64,000 bases of DNA from Tubiluchus corallicola (Eukaryota; Animalia; Priapulida). The stretch is from assembly GCA_030141605.1 (NCBI GenBank), contig JAQGDQ010000446.1:130148-194147 (forward strand), in the 5' to 3' direction. A program made the translations under genes and the position numbers. A model generated the notes under the pieces. That model made no database searches, was not told the origin of the DNA, and was given only the letters and a program-made list of their open reading frames with translations. Numbering within the stretch: position 1 is the stretch's first letter; each line of letters begins with the position of its first letter. This document shows, one piece after another, positions 45,946 through 59,005 of the stretch.

Positions 45946-47432
45946 GTAATTATAATAGATAAGTTATACAAACGCCTTACTTAAGCCAATGCCATGACTG
46001 CAGTTACATGTTTCTGAAATGTGTATTATATGTCCCTACAGGAGCACAGCAGCATAATTATTGTAAATTCTAAATAAACTTTCTTCTATTTAACTTCTTT
46101 TGTTTCTAGCTTTAATTAGGTCCCAAATGTCAATTGTGTCATAGTGACAGTGTGCATTGTCTAGCTGTTAATGGAACGTAACTGCTAGTTTTTATGGTTA
46201 TGACAGGCTGTCTAATGCTTATACGTGTATCATAAAGGTCAATGTATTCTTTGTTTATGATCTGATCAGGTCACCTTCTTAATAGTTACTTCAACGTTTC
46301 ACAAAACTCTTGTTTGTAGTTTCCGAAATGCTAGAAAACGAAACCCGGGGTGAGTCTTCAGCGACCAAACATGCAAAAGAGTCAACTTCCGGGAATGAAA
46401 ATGTTTTTGTTAACAGTAGCGACGGTGGGTTCGGTTTACAATCATTATCAGGCTGAATATAAAAGCAAATCTTCACTAACATTATCACAAAATATTAACA
46501 AAAGTCTTAAAGAAGGACAGGATGATATTTCATATACTACCCCATTTTCAAGCCCGTTAAAAAGTACGCATTTTAACACAACTGATACTGCAAAAGCGTT
46601 TCTGATTATTAGATAATAGACTAAAAACTTTAGCATTAAATAATTTTTAGCAGCAGAAATATTCCACGAGCGTGTTGCACATGTTTGTGAAACAGAATAT
46701 TGAAACACAGTGCTACTGTAAGATATTCAGTGTGTTGTACTTGAAACTAGGCAAGTTTCAAGATAAAAATTCAAATTTCAAATTTACCGCCGTGCTCACG
46801 CATTAGCTGTCGAACGTGTGTAAGCTTGGGTTGGGTTTTGCTTTAAAAAACTCTGGAGAAATAACGAAGTCAGTGCTAGATACAATGGTAGATTAAATCA
46901 GGTACAGCAGGTATAGCTGTTAAGCAAAGAAATCGTGTAAAACATGGAAAAATTGATTTCTCTATTTAATAGTTACTGTGCTATACCGAATTTCATGCAG
47001 TACTGATATACTTATTTCTGTAATGTTTTAGGCATTTTGTAACTTAACTTTTTGTCATAATGTTACTGAAGATTGCCTTTCGCTCTTATTTTCAAAATTG
47101 CAACCAAAACGAATGACGCCGCTGTTAATGTCGTCAATAATTGTTAATGACGATAATGTTAATTGATAATGTTTTGTATGGTGATTTCATGATTTTATGT
47201 AAAACTAGTGACAGGAGTGAACTATAAGCATTGTTGAGCCTGACGAGTAGCAGGATGGATGATTGCTGGGAAGTTTTGAGAAATTTCGTTTGTCATACTC
47301 ATCGAAACGTGGTTAAGACACCTCGACGGGTTTTTAATATAATCCTAGAGGATTTTCATTTAATAATGGGATAATTATTGAGTGCTAAAACCCTGTTTGC
47401 AGATTGCTACATTGTATAAAGTACGTACTGAC

Positions 47433-47797
47433 TAGGGGTGAGCATTCTCTACCAAAAAGCGAATTAGAATCGAACCGGATTTGTGACTTTCGAATTCGAA
47501 TTGAGATTGAACGATTTTCGAACAAGTTTTCGAACCACCAGTAAAAATTAGTCTTACAAAGATCATGTGTATCACTAGATTTTGTTCTGCAATAAAACGA
47601 CTAGTAATTTGTTTAAAATTGTGCACAGAAATCACTGCTAAATTACGCTAATTGCATGATGTTTCAATCGTTATAGTGATCAGGAACATATGTGATTGAA
47701 GTGCTGAATTATTCGAATCTATAGTTTTGGATTCGAATCGAGTTCGAACTATAAAAACTCGTTCGAATCGAACTCGAACGTTCGATGCTCACCCCTA
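47433..47797. mobile_element. hAT MITE with TTCGAA subterminal repeats
   Basis: TIR TAGGGGTGAGCAT; perfect 8-bp TSD gtactgac. Confidence 0.88.
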
Positions 47798-48451
47798 GTA
47801 CTGACACGTTATAGATAATTATGACATATTTATAAGAATGCCTACCATGACAGAATTCCGCTTTGTAAATAGTGTAAAAATGTAAATTAATAAGTTTGTG
47901 TTAAATTCACGATTCAGATTGTTGTCGTATGCTTGTTATACGTTATTTGAAGGTTTTGTTCAAATATTTTTACTTTTTATCAGTTACAATTTATCCGGTT
48001 GTTTTGTCTTTTTCGTTCCCGACTGAAATTTGTTTGTACGTCTTGCGGGTACATATTGCTTTTAGGATGGGCAAAAAAAACACTGGCCCAGAAAAATATT
48101 GCGTATTATGGTGAACAGAAATATCAGGGCAAAGACAATGTTTAATGGCATTCATCGGTCCAATTTAACACAATCTCTTTGAAGCTGCTTCGTTTTTGTT
48201 ACTATACTTAATTTAGATTGACGTTTCGTGCACTTTGCCTGAGGCTATTCTTGCTTTTAGTTTTGAATAACATTTTCAACAAAAACCAGTGGCTGTACAA
48301 TATAATTATAATGGGGTAATGATAGGATTTACTTACACCAGTTTTAACATTTTGCTTCCAAGTAGTAACATGTATTGTAGACACATTGCAGGCAATGTAG
48401 TCTAAACAATTTATTTTCATCAGCACCGGTCAGCTAGAAATGTCCCCTGTA

Positions 48452-49534
48452 AAGCTCATTTCACACTGAGAACACGCGGCAAATTGCCTCGAGGAGAAAT
48501 TCCTTGCGGCATTCTTCACGAAAATGGAACACATTGTTTTCTATGGTGCAATCCTTCGTGAGCAATTCTGTTGCCTGATAGAAGCTATGCGTCCTCCTCG
48601 TGAGGAATTTTGCCGCATGGCAGAAACACTGCATGTTCCAGTTTCGTGAGGAATCCTCGCAGTAAACAGTCTTATTAAATTTAACTACTCTGTTACTTGT
48701 TTATTATTTAACGAACAACAATTAACACATTTCAGCATAAAATCATAAGATTCAATCTTTCTTTTAACAGACTAACGATAAAAGTTTTATAACTGTAACA
48801 TCGGTGGCAATATTCGTGAAAAAGGAAAAATGACGCCCGCATAGTGGTTAGCACAGCTTTACTAAAAACAAACCGGTCTAACAGTACACTGACTAGCTTC
48901 ATTAAATGTACTTTGTATATGAGAAATAGGGCAAATATGACTTGATATAGACAAGGTTGTAAAGTATAAAACACACAAAGAGTAAAATTAATTTGGTTGT
49001 ATAGTGGATATTGCGTTGTATTGGTTGTGTATAGCTGCTTATTGAAGCTTGAGGAATGGCAAAGCTATGAAAAGTCTGATTATAAAATGACACGTTCATT
49101 AAACATCAACATAATAGATATAATAGATAGCAATGCCAACAGCCCCTGATCTGTACGCTCCGGCACCCAGACTCAATCTGAGACTAATTTTCCCAGCTGG
49201 AGGCCTCGCACACTTTATATATCGTGCGCGGTGTCCCGACACCTCAATTCCTAGATCACGTAATCACGTGACACCACTCCTCCTTAACTGGCTTCATCAT
49301 ACCAGCATCTATCGACATAATTATTTATCATAATCTACTGCTTTTAACATAATTTAACAGGTTCTCTTTACTCAAAGCAGCTGCAGCTAACTGGACACGC
49401 GGAAAAAACGCGCAGTTTTTCTATGAAATGAACTTCCTTGCTGCATCGAATATCGAAAAAAGGTTTTTCTGATTCTCTGACAGCAATTTCGTGCGTCATT
49501 TTCCCCCTTTCTGTCCTCCCTGTGAAATGGGCCT
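48452..49534. mobile_element. PIF/Harbinger-like non-autonomous element
   Basis: Imperfect TIR AGCTCATTTCACA / TGTGAAATGGGCCT. Confidence 0.5.
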
Positions 49535-50110
49535 TAGGATCAACGAGGGTCTAAAAAACGTTGAGCTGCGAAATGCAAGATTAGCTAGCAACCTGAAGCG
49601 AGCAACGAGTCATAAAAAGCTCTAGGGTATATGAACTAATGTCATTAACGTGAATAAACGTAACATAAATAAAAGCGAAATCATAACTATGATATCAATA
49701 TCCAATATCCAGGTCAGTAAGTGCAGTTCTGAGAAAGTGTGTCAAGCTCTGACGACTCATAAAATTTTGTAATTTATATTCAACGCCATTGTAAATATAG
49801 TGTGAGTTGTCTGCATGCACACGTACAGTCAAAGGGGAGGAACATCGGATTTTACAGTAGACGCCAAAAAACTTTGAATATAAGTTATATTACTAAGTTA
49901 TATTACACTTACTTGTTTGAAAGACATACGTAAGTAAAAAAAGAAAATTCTCAATGTTTGCACCAACTGGTAAAACGTCTGTGTTCCGCTATCCCAAGTT
50001 GCACAAAGAAAAACGTGACTGGTTCACCAAAGATTATGTGTTAGGCCTACATGTACTAATCTTATTGACAAAACAAAGTAATTGATGCTTTTATTTAGTT
50101 AGTGGAGTGT

Positions 50111-52090
50111 GGATCTACACTGTGATCAAAGGAATAGGATCTACACTGTGATCAAAGGAATAGGATCTGCACTGTGATCAAAGGAATAGGATCTACACTG
50201 TGATCAAAGGAATAGGACCTACACTGTGATCAAAGGAATAGGATCTGCACTGTGAACAAAGGAATAGGATCTACACTGTGATCAAAGGAATAGCATCTGC
50301 ACTGTGATCAAAGGAATAGGATCTACACTGTGATCAAAGGAATAGGATCTACACTGTGGTGAAAGGAATAGGATCTGCACTGTGATCAAAGGAAAAGGAT
50401 CTACACTGTGAACAAAGGAATAGGATCTACACTGTGATCAAAGGAATAGGGTCTACACTGTGATCAAAGGAATAGGATCTACACTGTGATCAAAGGAATA
50501 GGACCTACACTGTGATCAAAGGAATAGGATCTACACTGTGATCAAGAGAATAGGACCTACACCGTGATCAAAGGCATAGGATCTACACTGTGATCAAAGG
50601 CATAGGACCTACACTGTGATCAAAGGAATGGGATCTACACTGTGAACAAAGGAATAGGATCTACACTGTGATCAAAGGAAAAGGATCTACACTGTGAACA
50701 AAGGAATAGGATCTACACTGTGATCAAAGACATAGGACCTACACTGTGAACAAAGGAGTAGGACCTACACTGTGATCAAAGGAATAGGATCTACACTGTG
50801 ATCAAAGGAATAGGATCTACACTGTGATCAAAGGAATAGGATCTACACTGTGATCAAAGGAATAGGATCTACACTGTGATCAAAGGAATAGGACCTATAT
50901 TGCGATCAAAGGAATAGGATCTACACTGTGATCAAAGGAATAGGACCTACACTGTGAACAAAGGAATAGGACCTACACTGTGATCAAAGGAATAGGACCT
51001 ATATTGCGATCAAAGGAATAGGACCTATATTGCGATCAAAGGAATAGGACCTACACTGTGATCAAAGGAATAGGACCTACACTGTGATCAAGAGAATAGG
51101 ATCTACACTGTGATCAAAGGAATAGGACCTATATTGCGATCAAAGGAATAGGATCTACACTGTGATCAAAGGAATAGGACCTATATTGCGATCAAAGGAA
51201 TAGGACCTACACTGTGAACAAAGGAATAGGATCTACACTGTGATCAAAGGAATAGGATCTACACTGTGATCAAAGGAATAGGACCTACACTGTGAACAAA
51301 GGAATAGGACCTACACTGTGATCAAAGGAATAGGACCTACACTGTGATCAAAGGAATAGGACCTACACTGTGATCAAAGGAATAGGATCTACACTGTGAT
51401 CAAAGGAATAGGACCTACACTGTGATCAAAGGAATAGGACCTACACTGTGAACAAAGGCATAGGATCTACACTGTGATCAAAGGAATAAGACCTACACTG
51501 TGATCAAAGGAATAGGATCTACACTGTGAACAAAGGAATAGGACCTACACTGTGATCAAAGGAATAGGATCTACACTGTGATCAAAGGAATAGGACCTAT
51601 ATTGCGATCAAAGGAATAGGACCTACACTGTGATCAAGAGAAAAGGACCTACACTGTGATCAAAGGAATAGGACCTACACTGTGATCAAAGGAATAGGAC
51701 CTATATTGCGATCAAAGGAATAGGACCTATATTGCGATCAAAGGAATAGGACCTACACTGTGATCAAAGGAATAGGACCTACACTGTGATCAAGAGAATA
51801 GGATCTACACTGTGATCAAAGGAATAGGACCTATATTGCGATCAAAGGAATAGGATCTACACTGTGATCAAAGGAATAGGACCTATATTGCGATCAAAGG
51901 AATAGGACCTACACTGTGAACAAAGGAATAGGATCTACACTGTGATCAAAGGAATAGGACCTACACTGTGATCAAAGGAATAGGACCTACACTGTGAACA
52001 AAGGAATAGGACCTACACTGTGATCAAAGGAATAGGACCTACACTGTGATCAAAGGAATAGGACCTACACTGTGATCAAAGGAATAGGAC
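50111..52090. repeat. 26-bp minisatellite, ~76 copies
   Basis: (ggatctacactgtgatcaaaggaata)n with a recurrent variant ggacctatattgcgatc. Confidence 0.96.
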
Positions 52091-52624
52091 ATGCATTGAT
52101 GAAAAGAACAGGTCTCTGGATTAAATTCTCTGTCAGATAATGTTCAATTAACCAGCTTTCAATCACTTTTGTTTAAAAATAAACTCCCAAAAAGTCTCCT
52201 TATACAGTTCAGCAATCTGCGCTCACTGGCTGGCCATACTTAATGTGGATGGTTGTGGCTGGACAGGAATCTTGCACATGATCACAGCTGCTCTTCTAAG
52301 ATGTCTGAAATCCTGAACCAGCAAAGGATGTCTCGACTACAGGTTCTGATGTAAATACATACTCACTCAATGAGGAAACCCGCCAAACTTAGTGTTGTGA
52401 AAGAAACAACGTAGAGTGAATACTGAACTCAGCAGTCACCCAGTTTTTTACCAGCCAGTCTCAGTTTGCCTTAACTTTGTATGCTAAACACGAACTGACC
52501 ACTATCCTCTCCACCATGATACATTCAGTTTTCATGGTTTCCTTTCTTGATTACATGTATAATAAAAGTAGAACTGTCGTTTTGAGACAAAGGTGAAAAA
52601 TACCAACACAGAGTACAGCTTTAA

Positions 52625-53114
52625 CCCGTTCAGTCCAAATTATTTTTTAATAAGAAAAAATTTTTTGGCTTGGTACTTTTGTTCAGTGTGTCCATCTTGT
52701 TTACACATAATAATTATTTTTTTCTACCTGTGCCCGTGTGCTAAATATAGCCTGTATCCCACGGTATACATTGCGATTCAAAGGTTGCTAAACATGACTT
52801 TTTTAAAAACACAACAAAAGTACAAAATGTGCTTCATTTTGCAACTGCTGATAATTTTTTAAAGTATTTAAGACATTTAGTATGCACGCTATGCTGATCT
52901 GTACAAAGTCGTCTCTAAAGTACTGTACCTTGCGCAGTTTTTTATGCTATGTAGATTTTCTAGTTTGCCATTTTATCACCATTTTAGTTTCTTGTTATTG
53001 GCTTAAATCAAAATAACTATTAACAGATCAAATAACTGTCAGTTTTAAAATTTTACTAATTTTAAAGGCAGAAAATATTCTCGTATCCCACGGGATACAA
53101 CGGGTATGAAAGGG
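52625..53114 (+). mobile_element. piggyBac-type MITE family C, copy 4
   Basis: TTAA TSD, same body. Confidence 0.88.
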
Positions 53115-53258
53115 TTAATGAAATTACCAGCTAAGTGGTGCTTTTTGTGGTGCTTAACACATTGCATTAGTTTCCAAACTCCACATTAGAAGACGGACAC
53201 CCAATAAGACGCATTGAGACTAAAAGAAATAAGTAAAACTCGAATTTCATACTGCTTC

Positions 53259-53690
53259 TTACATGTGTTCTATGTTGTTTGTTAACTACATTAACTTACA
53301 CGTGTTCTATGTTGTTTGTTAACTACATTAACTTACACGTGTTCTATGTTGTTTGTTAACTACATTAACTTACATGTGTTCTATGTTGTTTGTTAACTAC
53401 ATTAACTCACATGTGTTCTATGTTGTTTGTTAACTACATTAACTTACATGTGTTCTATGTTGTTTGTTAACTACATTAACTTACATGTGTTCTATGTTGT
53501 TTGTTAACTACATTAACTTACATGTGTTCTATGTTGTTTGTTAACTACATTAACTCACATGTGTTCTATGTTGCTTGTTAACTACATTAACTTACATGTG
53601 TTCTATGTTGTTTGTTAACTACATTAACTTACATGTGTTCTATGTTGTTTGTTAACTACATTAACTACACATGTGTTCTATGTTGTTAAC
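53259..53690. repeat. 37-bp minisatellite, ~11 copies
   Basis: (ttacatgtgttctatgttgtttgttaactacattaac)n. Confidence 0.95.
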
Positions 53691-56600
53691 ACCTATGTTA
53701 ACTACATAAGTTTTTCCACCTCTTCTAATGCTTGAATAAGTTGTACGATCTTCCTGCCAGCAGAAAGATCCACTCACACAAATTACAAGCGATTGATTTA
53801 AAAACAAAAACAAAAGAATAAAATCAATAAATATTATCGTTTTCTGTTAAAGTTAAAATCTCAAACATAACCATCACGTTCATAAAACCAGACAGACATC
53901 AGCTGTAGAGTAACAGACATAGTAAAAATGTTGGTCATTGTAATAGATAACTAAGCAACCAATCACCGCGAGGTTACAAACAAAATAACAACTGCATAAA
54001 AAAAACTTGATCCACATTACAGATAAATGGGTAAATCAACCTTTTAGGCAGTGAATAAATAGGCCTATATTTCTAGATCAAGTACAGGAATCTTCAACCA
54101 AATGGGCCTATACTGCAAGGCCAAATATAACCTAAATTCTAACACAATGTAAATACCAACTTTCGCCATAGTTGCGTGAAACGTTCAGACGTGGAAACAC
54201 AAAAGATTTCAAAGCAAGATTTACTTACTAAAATTGTGATGAAGTTTAGAAATGCAGTCAGGGGAGTACTGCCTATCTCACAACAGAAAGTAAGTGTGAG
54301 CATGTCTAGCTGTAAACAGACATGTTTGAACAGGTTGGGACGGGAAAACACTTGGTCCAGACTGCAACCTCAATGTGCATCGTATAGGCTACAACAGGGT
54401 ACATCAGCAATAGATAAATTAGAAACATTGAACACTTAGTCGCTTACATTACCATTATCAATCAAATTATAGTTATTATACAGTATACATTATATACAGT
54501 ATACGTTATAGTGACCCCCTCTTGCACTCTCATAGACCTGCCGTCAAATACAAAATACAAGTAAGCATCCAAGGACACAAAACACCTAACTACATAACAA
54601 CAAGCTTGGAAAAGTATAATATAACACAAAAAATTGACCAAACAATATTTATAAAAAAATGAAAAATTAACGATTTAAATGGTAAATCATTACTAGTAAA
54701 AAGTTGGTGTCTAGCACGTTGGAACAGTATTGTGCGAATTCAAATTTCTGGAACAGTATTGTGCGAATTCAAATTTCTGATTGTCACAGGATGCCTAATG
54801 ATTATTTTATCGCAAACCTTAATGCATTAATAAAATATTATTATTATCGGGAAGTTAATAGTCAGTGGTACAAAGGTCTTTGTGATATAACTGGCTATAT
54901 CGCTAAAAACATTACACAGCACTAAGCAATTTGTGACAGTTTTAAACATACTGTTAAGCAAAATAACATCACAATAAATAAGCGAGACAACAACTTAGGT
55001 AATGAAAATCTGTGGTTTAAACCATACAGTCACCTATAAATAAATCACAGATTTATACGAGTTCATCTTTAGCCGACAAGAAGACAATTTTGCAAATTAG
55101 TAATTCACTTAAATGAAAATCTATGACTCGGACCATATACCATGTAAACTAGTATAAATCACAGACTTAGTTATCAAGAAAGTTAATGGATCAGAGGAAA
55201 CGTTCAAAAAATCAATAAATGAATGAATGATGTCACAAAAGATACCACTTGAGATCAGTCGGCTCTACCTAACAGAAACAAAAAGTCAAAGGAGGTCATA
55301 GGTCAATTTTCACAACAAATACGAGAATAACTACCACTAGCATCAGCAAATGTGATGAGGCCATTCACTTTCTGGTCATCTTTATCTGACCAGACTATAG
55401 AAGCCAAGATCCAGTGAAGCCAAAGTTCACAAAGACTGAAAGTCATAATATTAACACAACCAAATCCGGAAGCGCCTCAGGTCGCCTCAACATGAAATAG
55501 ACATGAAAAGGAAAGACGAAAGTACAAGATTATCAATTAATTTAGAAATGGTTAGCAATTGCATCCTGAGAAGCTGATTGGCGTAAACGAGGGGCTGAAA
55601 GGTCAAAATTCAGAGGTCTTCGTGATCAATGCTTGCATCATCAAACTTGGTGAAGATGTCCATCTTGAGAGGACCTCCACTCGACATGTGCATGAAATAT
55701 ATGAAGCCAAGGTTCATAATAAAACAGAATTGGGCTCGATACCATCAAAGCATTTTCCTTTGAAGTGATATCTACTAGAAAAGCACAACATGGAGATGAA
55801 AGGGGAAGGGCAAATGTCAACGCTCAGACAACGCTAACCTGATATATCACCAAATCTGCAGAGGCTACTAAACTTGAAGTTCACCTTTCAGCAGAGTAAA
55901 TTAAAATTAAACCAGTTAATGTTTTAATATCTCACTTAGCTAATCAAAATCTCTAGACATATTAAGATACAGAGCACCACAATTTTGCCAAGCAAACTTA
56001 GAAAACTGCAAACACAGAGCATAAGAAACAAACACACAACAAAGCAATGAATTAAGCTAAAAATATTAATTACAAATCTTTGGCTTTTAGAACTTTTCAG
56101 GAGATTAACACGGGTCACCAGCAACATAAAACATTCTAACATCACCAGCAGCATCACCCGAAGGGCACTCCAGTAAAAGTTTTTCATAAGTTCTATTACA
56201 CTTTTGCATGTTAAAAACTCTTAATATTTACAAAATTTAATCACAGTTAATTCAAGGACACAACTGTGCGATGTGCAACATTTACTGCCTGACACAAGTT
56301 CCGGCTGGCATCGTTATTTTCAGTGAATGAAAATACAGTAAGTCCTCGCTTAACAACTTCCCATTTAGGGATGTTTCGTTGTAACGACAGCGAACATTTG
56401 ACACCTTTTCCTCACTTAACAACCCATGTTTCATTTTAATGACAATTTTTTACTTCGCTCAGTCATTTTTATTTGATCAAGAAATTTTTTTATCATATTT
56501 CAAGCACTAAAACTGTACAAACCGCGTTATTGTATTCTAAAAATGCACTAGTAATGTAAAATGTCAAGGATTTTTGTTTGTTAAATTTAATATAGCCATA

Positions 56601-57527
56601 CAGTTACAAGTGGCGACATCTGGCCTCAATATTTGCATCCTAGTGAATTTCCGGTCATTTAAGTTTCAATGTGTTCAAGTGATGACGTGTTTCTGTGAAC
56701 TCACGATTTAATGCCAACGATGTATGTAAATTTTATTTAGTCATTTATTTTATTTACTGTAAGTCTCTCATTAATTTCACGTAATCGTTATCAACCTTTT
56801 GAGAGAAATGAGTTAGTTTATTAAAGAATTTATATATCTTGTTTCAGATAAAATGTAATATTTTGGGTAATGGCGTCACAGTGTCAGATATGATGAAGTA
56901 AATGACAAAGGGGCATATGACGTGAAAATGGTACATAAACAATAAACTGTTATGCTGAGCAAAATGATGACTTTGTTTGTCACCGTAAAACCCAAACATA
57001 AAACAATACATTTATTGCATATTATTGCTTCCCGACTGACCAAATACATTTACTTGCGATTTATATACCCAACGCACCTTTACAAAAGCGCAAATTTATA
57101 TGAAAGAATTTTCTCCATAACCTATTCCTACGTAACATCCAAACTGGGTATCTAGATGAAATTGTCTCAAAGTCACTCCGGAGCTTGGCTTTCAACATAC
57201 AGTGTTTAACTGCTAAGGGCGTAACATTTATGAAAAAGAAACAGCCAGCTCTAGGTACTGGTAAGAAAGATCAGTGGTTTCAAGCAAGCAGAAAAAGTTA
57301 ATTGATAGAATTGTGAATAAAACTCATCTAGAACATGTCTCAATTCTTTTACATAACTTTCTATGGAAGTCTTGGCTTCGTTTAACAACATTTATAGTTA
57401 AAAACACCACAACTTTATAAAAACTTTTAATTTACGTAGTTAAAAACCGTGTCAAACATTACGACAGAGCTATTGCTGTCATCATCAGTGGTGCACAGTG
57501 TTCTATACTGTAGGCTCTGCCTATATA

Positions 57528-57870
57528 CAGTCGACCCTCGTTAAACCGGACCCTGTTAGCCCGGATATCGGATAAGACGGACGTCATCCGTGGTAAAGGA
57601 AACTGACCGATTTCCGTCCGAGCCGGAGCGCTAAACACAACACGGCCTACCAACTGTACAATAATTTCTTTATCCTCACAGGTTAACTATTTTAAAGTAA
57701 TATACAGTATAGTATATAGTGCACAGTATATAGTGCAATGTATATAGGCCTTATTAAGGTGATTATTCCTGTATAATATAGACCATATATAGGCATATCG
57801 GATAAATCGGACAATCGGCTAAACCGGACTATCCCCCCCCCAATTAGTCCGGTTTAACGAGGGTTGACTG
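57528..57870 (+). mobile_element. Tigger-like MITE family B, copy 4 (nested)
   Basis: Same TIR and body; TA TSD. Confidence 0.9.
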
Positions 57871-57887
57871 TAAACTGTGTGTAAAAG

Positions 57888-57936
57888 TTACCACTGACGA
57901 TGACAACAGTAGCTCTGTCGAAACGTTTGACATGGT
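57888..57936 (+). ncRNA. Penelope-type minimal hammerhead ribozyme-like motif
   Basis: CTGACGA (57894-57900), stem II GACA/TGTC, GAAA (57920-57923), then palindromic ACGT; stem I is weak. Confidence 0.4.
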
Positions 57937-58166
57937 TTTTAACTATGTTATTTAAAAGCTTTAATAACGTTGTGGTATTTTAACTATAAAGCATTAGCGT
58001 TGTTAAGAGAGGACTTACTGTATTATTAAATACTGTTGTTATTATTAGCTGCAGTAGCAAATCAAATCAATTACGCAAGCAACTAAAACTGCTGAAATCA
58101 AATTGGAACAACCCAACTGCTATCCTCTTCGAAAACCACGCTTCCTAATTCGTTTGCCAGAGATCT

Positions 58167-58759
58167 TCACGTTTCCTCTAGTGATCTTTGCTTTGTCGGA
58201 GTCTCTGTGCTCTTCACCTTCGGTTCCTTTGTCGGCATTCCGTACAGAAATATGGAAATTATCACAAACGTGGTGCCCAGAAGAAACACGAAGCTGATTC
58301 TAAAATCGAATAAATAAACGGACGCGACGCAGGAGATGACGATGGCGACCGTCGAGGCAAACCCCTTCACGATGTTGTCGGCATATTTGATCACCACGGC
58401 AACGAGCAGGCCTCCCAGAGCCTGCGCAAAAACGACGAACCACACGACAAAATTGTAGCCGAAAAACACGCCGTGTTCCCGGACGACTTCCCCGTCTTTT
58501 AGGTACATTGCTATAGCACCGAATGGTATAGAAAGGACGGACAGCTGGACGTTCCGGACCCATATGGACACATCGCTGCCCTTGAGGATCTTTTCGAAAT
58601 AGACGCCCGCGAAACCTGACATTATACATGCGCAGATGACAGCAAACAGGCCAAGTAAAGGATTTTGATGCGGTGCAGTGTCTACTGTACCCGTTTCCTT
58701 GGAGGGGTCGACATCGGATGCCTGATGCCTTTGGTCAGGTAATTGAACCAATGAAACAC
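58167..58759 (-). CDS. SLC35A2: SLC35A-type transporter terminal exon
   Basis: ctatag|(G)VSLVQLP...[14 protein letters not shown]...[11 protein letters not shown]...RSLEET-TGA. Confidence 0.93.
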
Positions 58760-58940
58760 CTATAGAAAATCAATCAACAAAAAATTACAAAAAATAGTAA
58801 TTTGTGGCAAAATTTCTATGAAGAATTTCTGAAAGTAACTGCTAAGACATTAGAATACAGGTAGAATTCAAGTAAAATACAGGTGAGCTTTATTTATATA
58901 AATCATTAATAACACTATACATTCTCTCTCTCTCTCTCTC

Positions 58941-59005
<65 letters not shown>

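Larger units (their letters stand above)
56336..58020. mobile_element. Larger Tigger-like non-autonomous element hosting nested insertions
   Basis: TIR CAGTAAGTCCTC[G/T]CTTAACAAC at both ends, flanked by TA. Confidence 0.75.

Noticed and set aside
46350-46616. Secreted protein starting MKMFLLTVATVGSV
   Set aside because: The hydrophobic stretch is too short, there is no motif or codon-level evidence, and a competing frame is equally plausible.
47236-47310. Additional hammerhead ribozymes (CTGACGA at 47240; CTGATGA near 61954)
   Set aside because: No correctly placed GAAA box or stem III.
50111-52090. CRISPR array (also considered for the 29-, 37-, 38- and 92-bp arrays)
   Set aside because: Units are head-to-tail with no unique spacers, there are no cas genes, and the context is eukaryotic and intron-rich.
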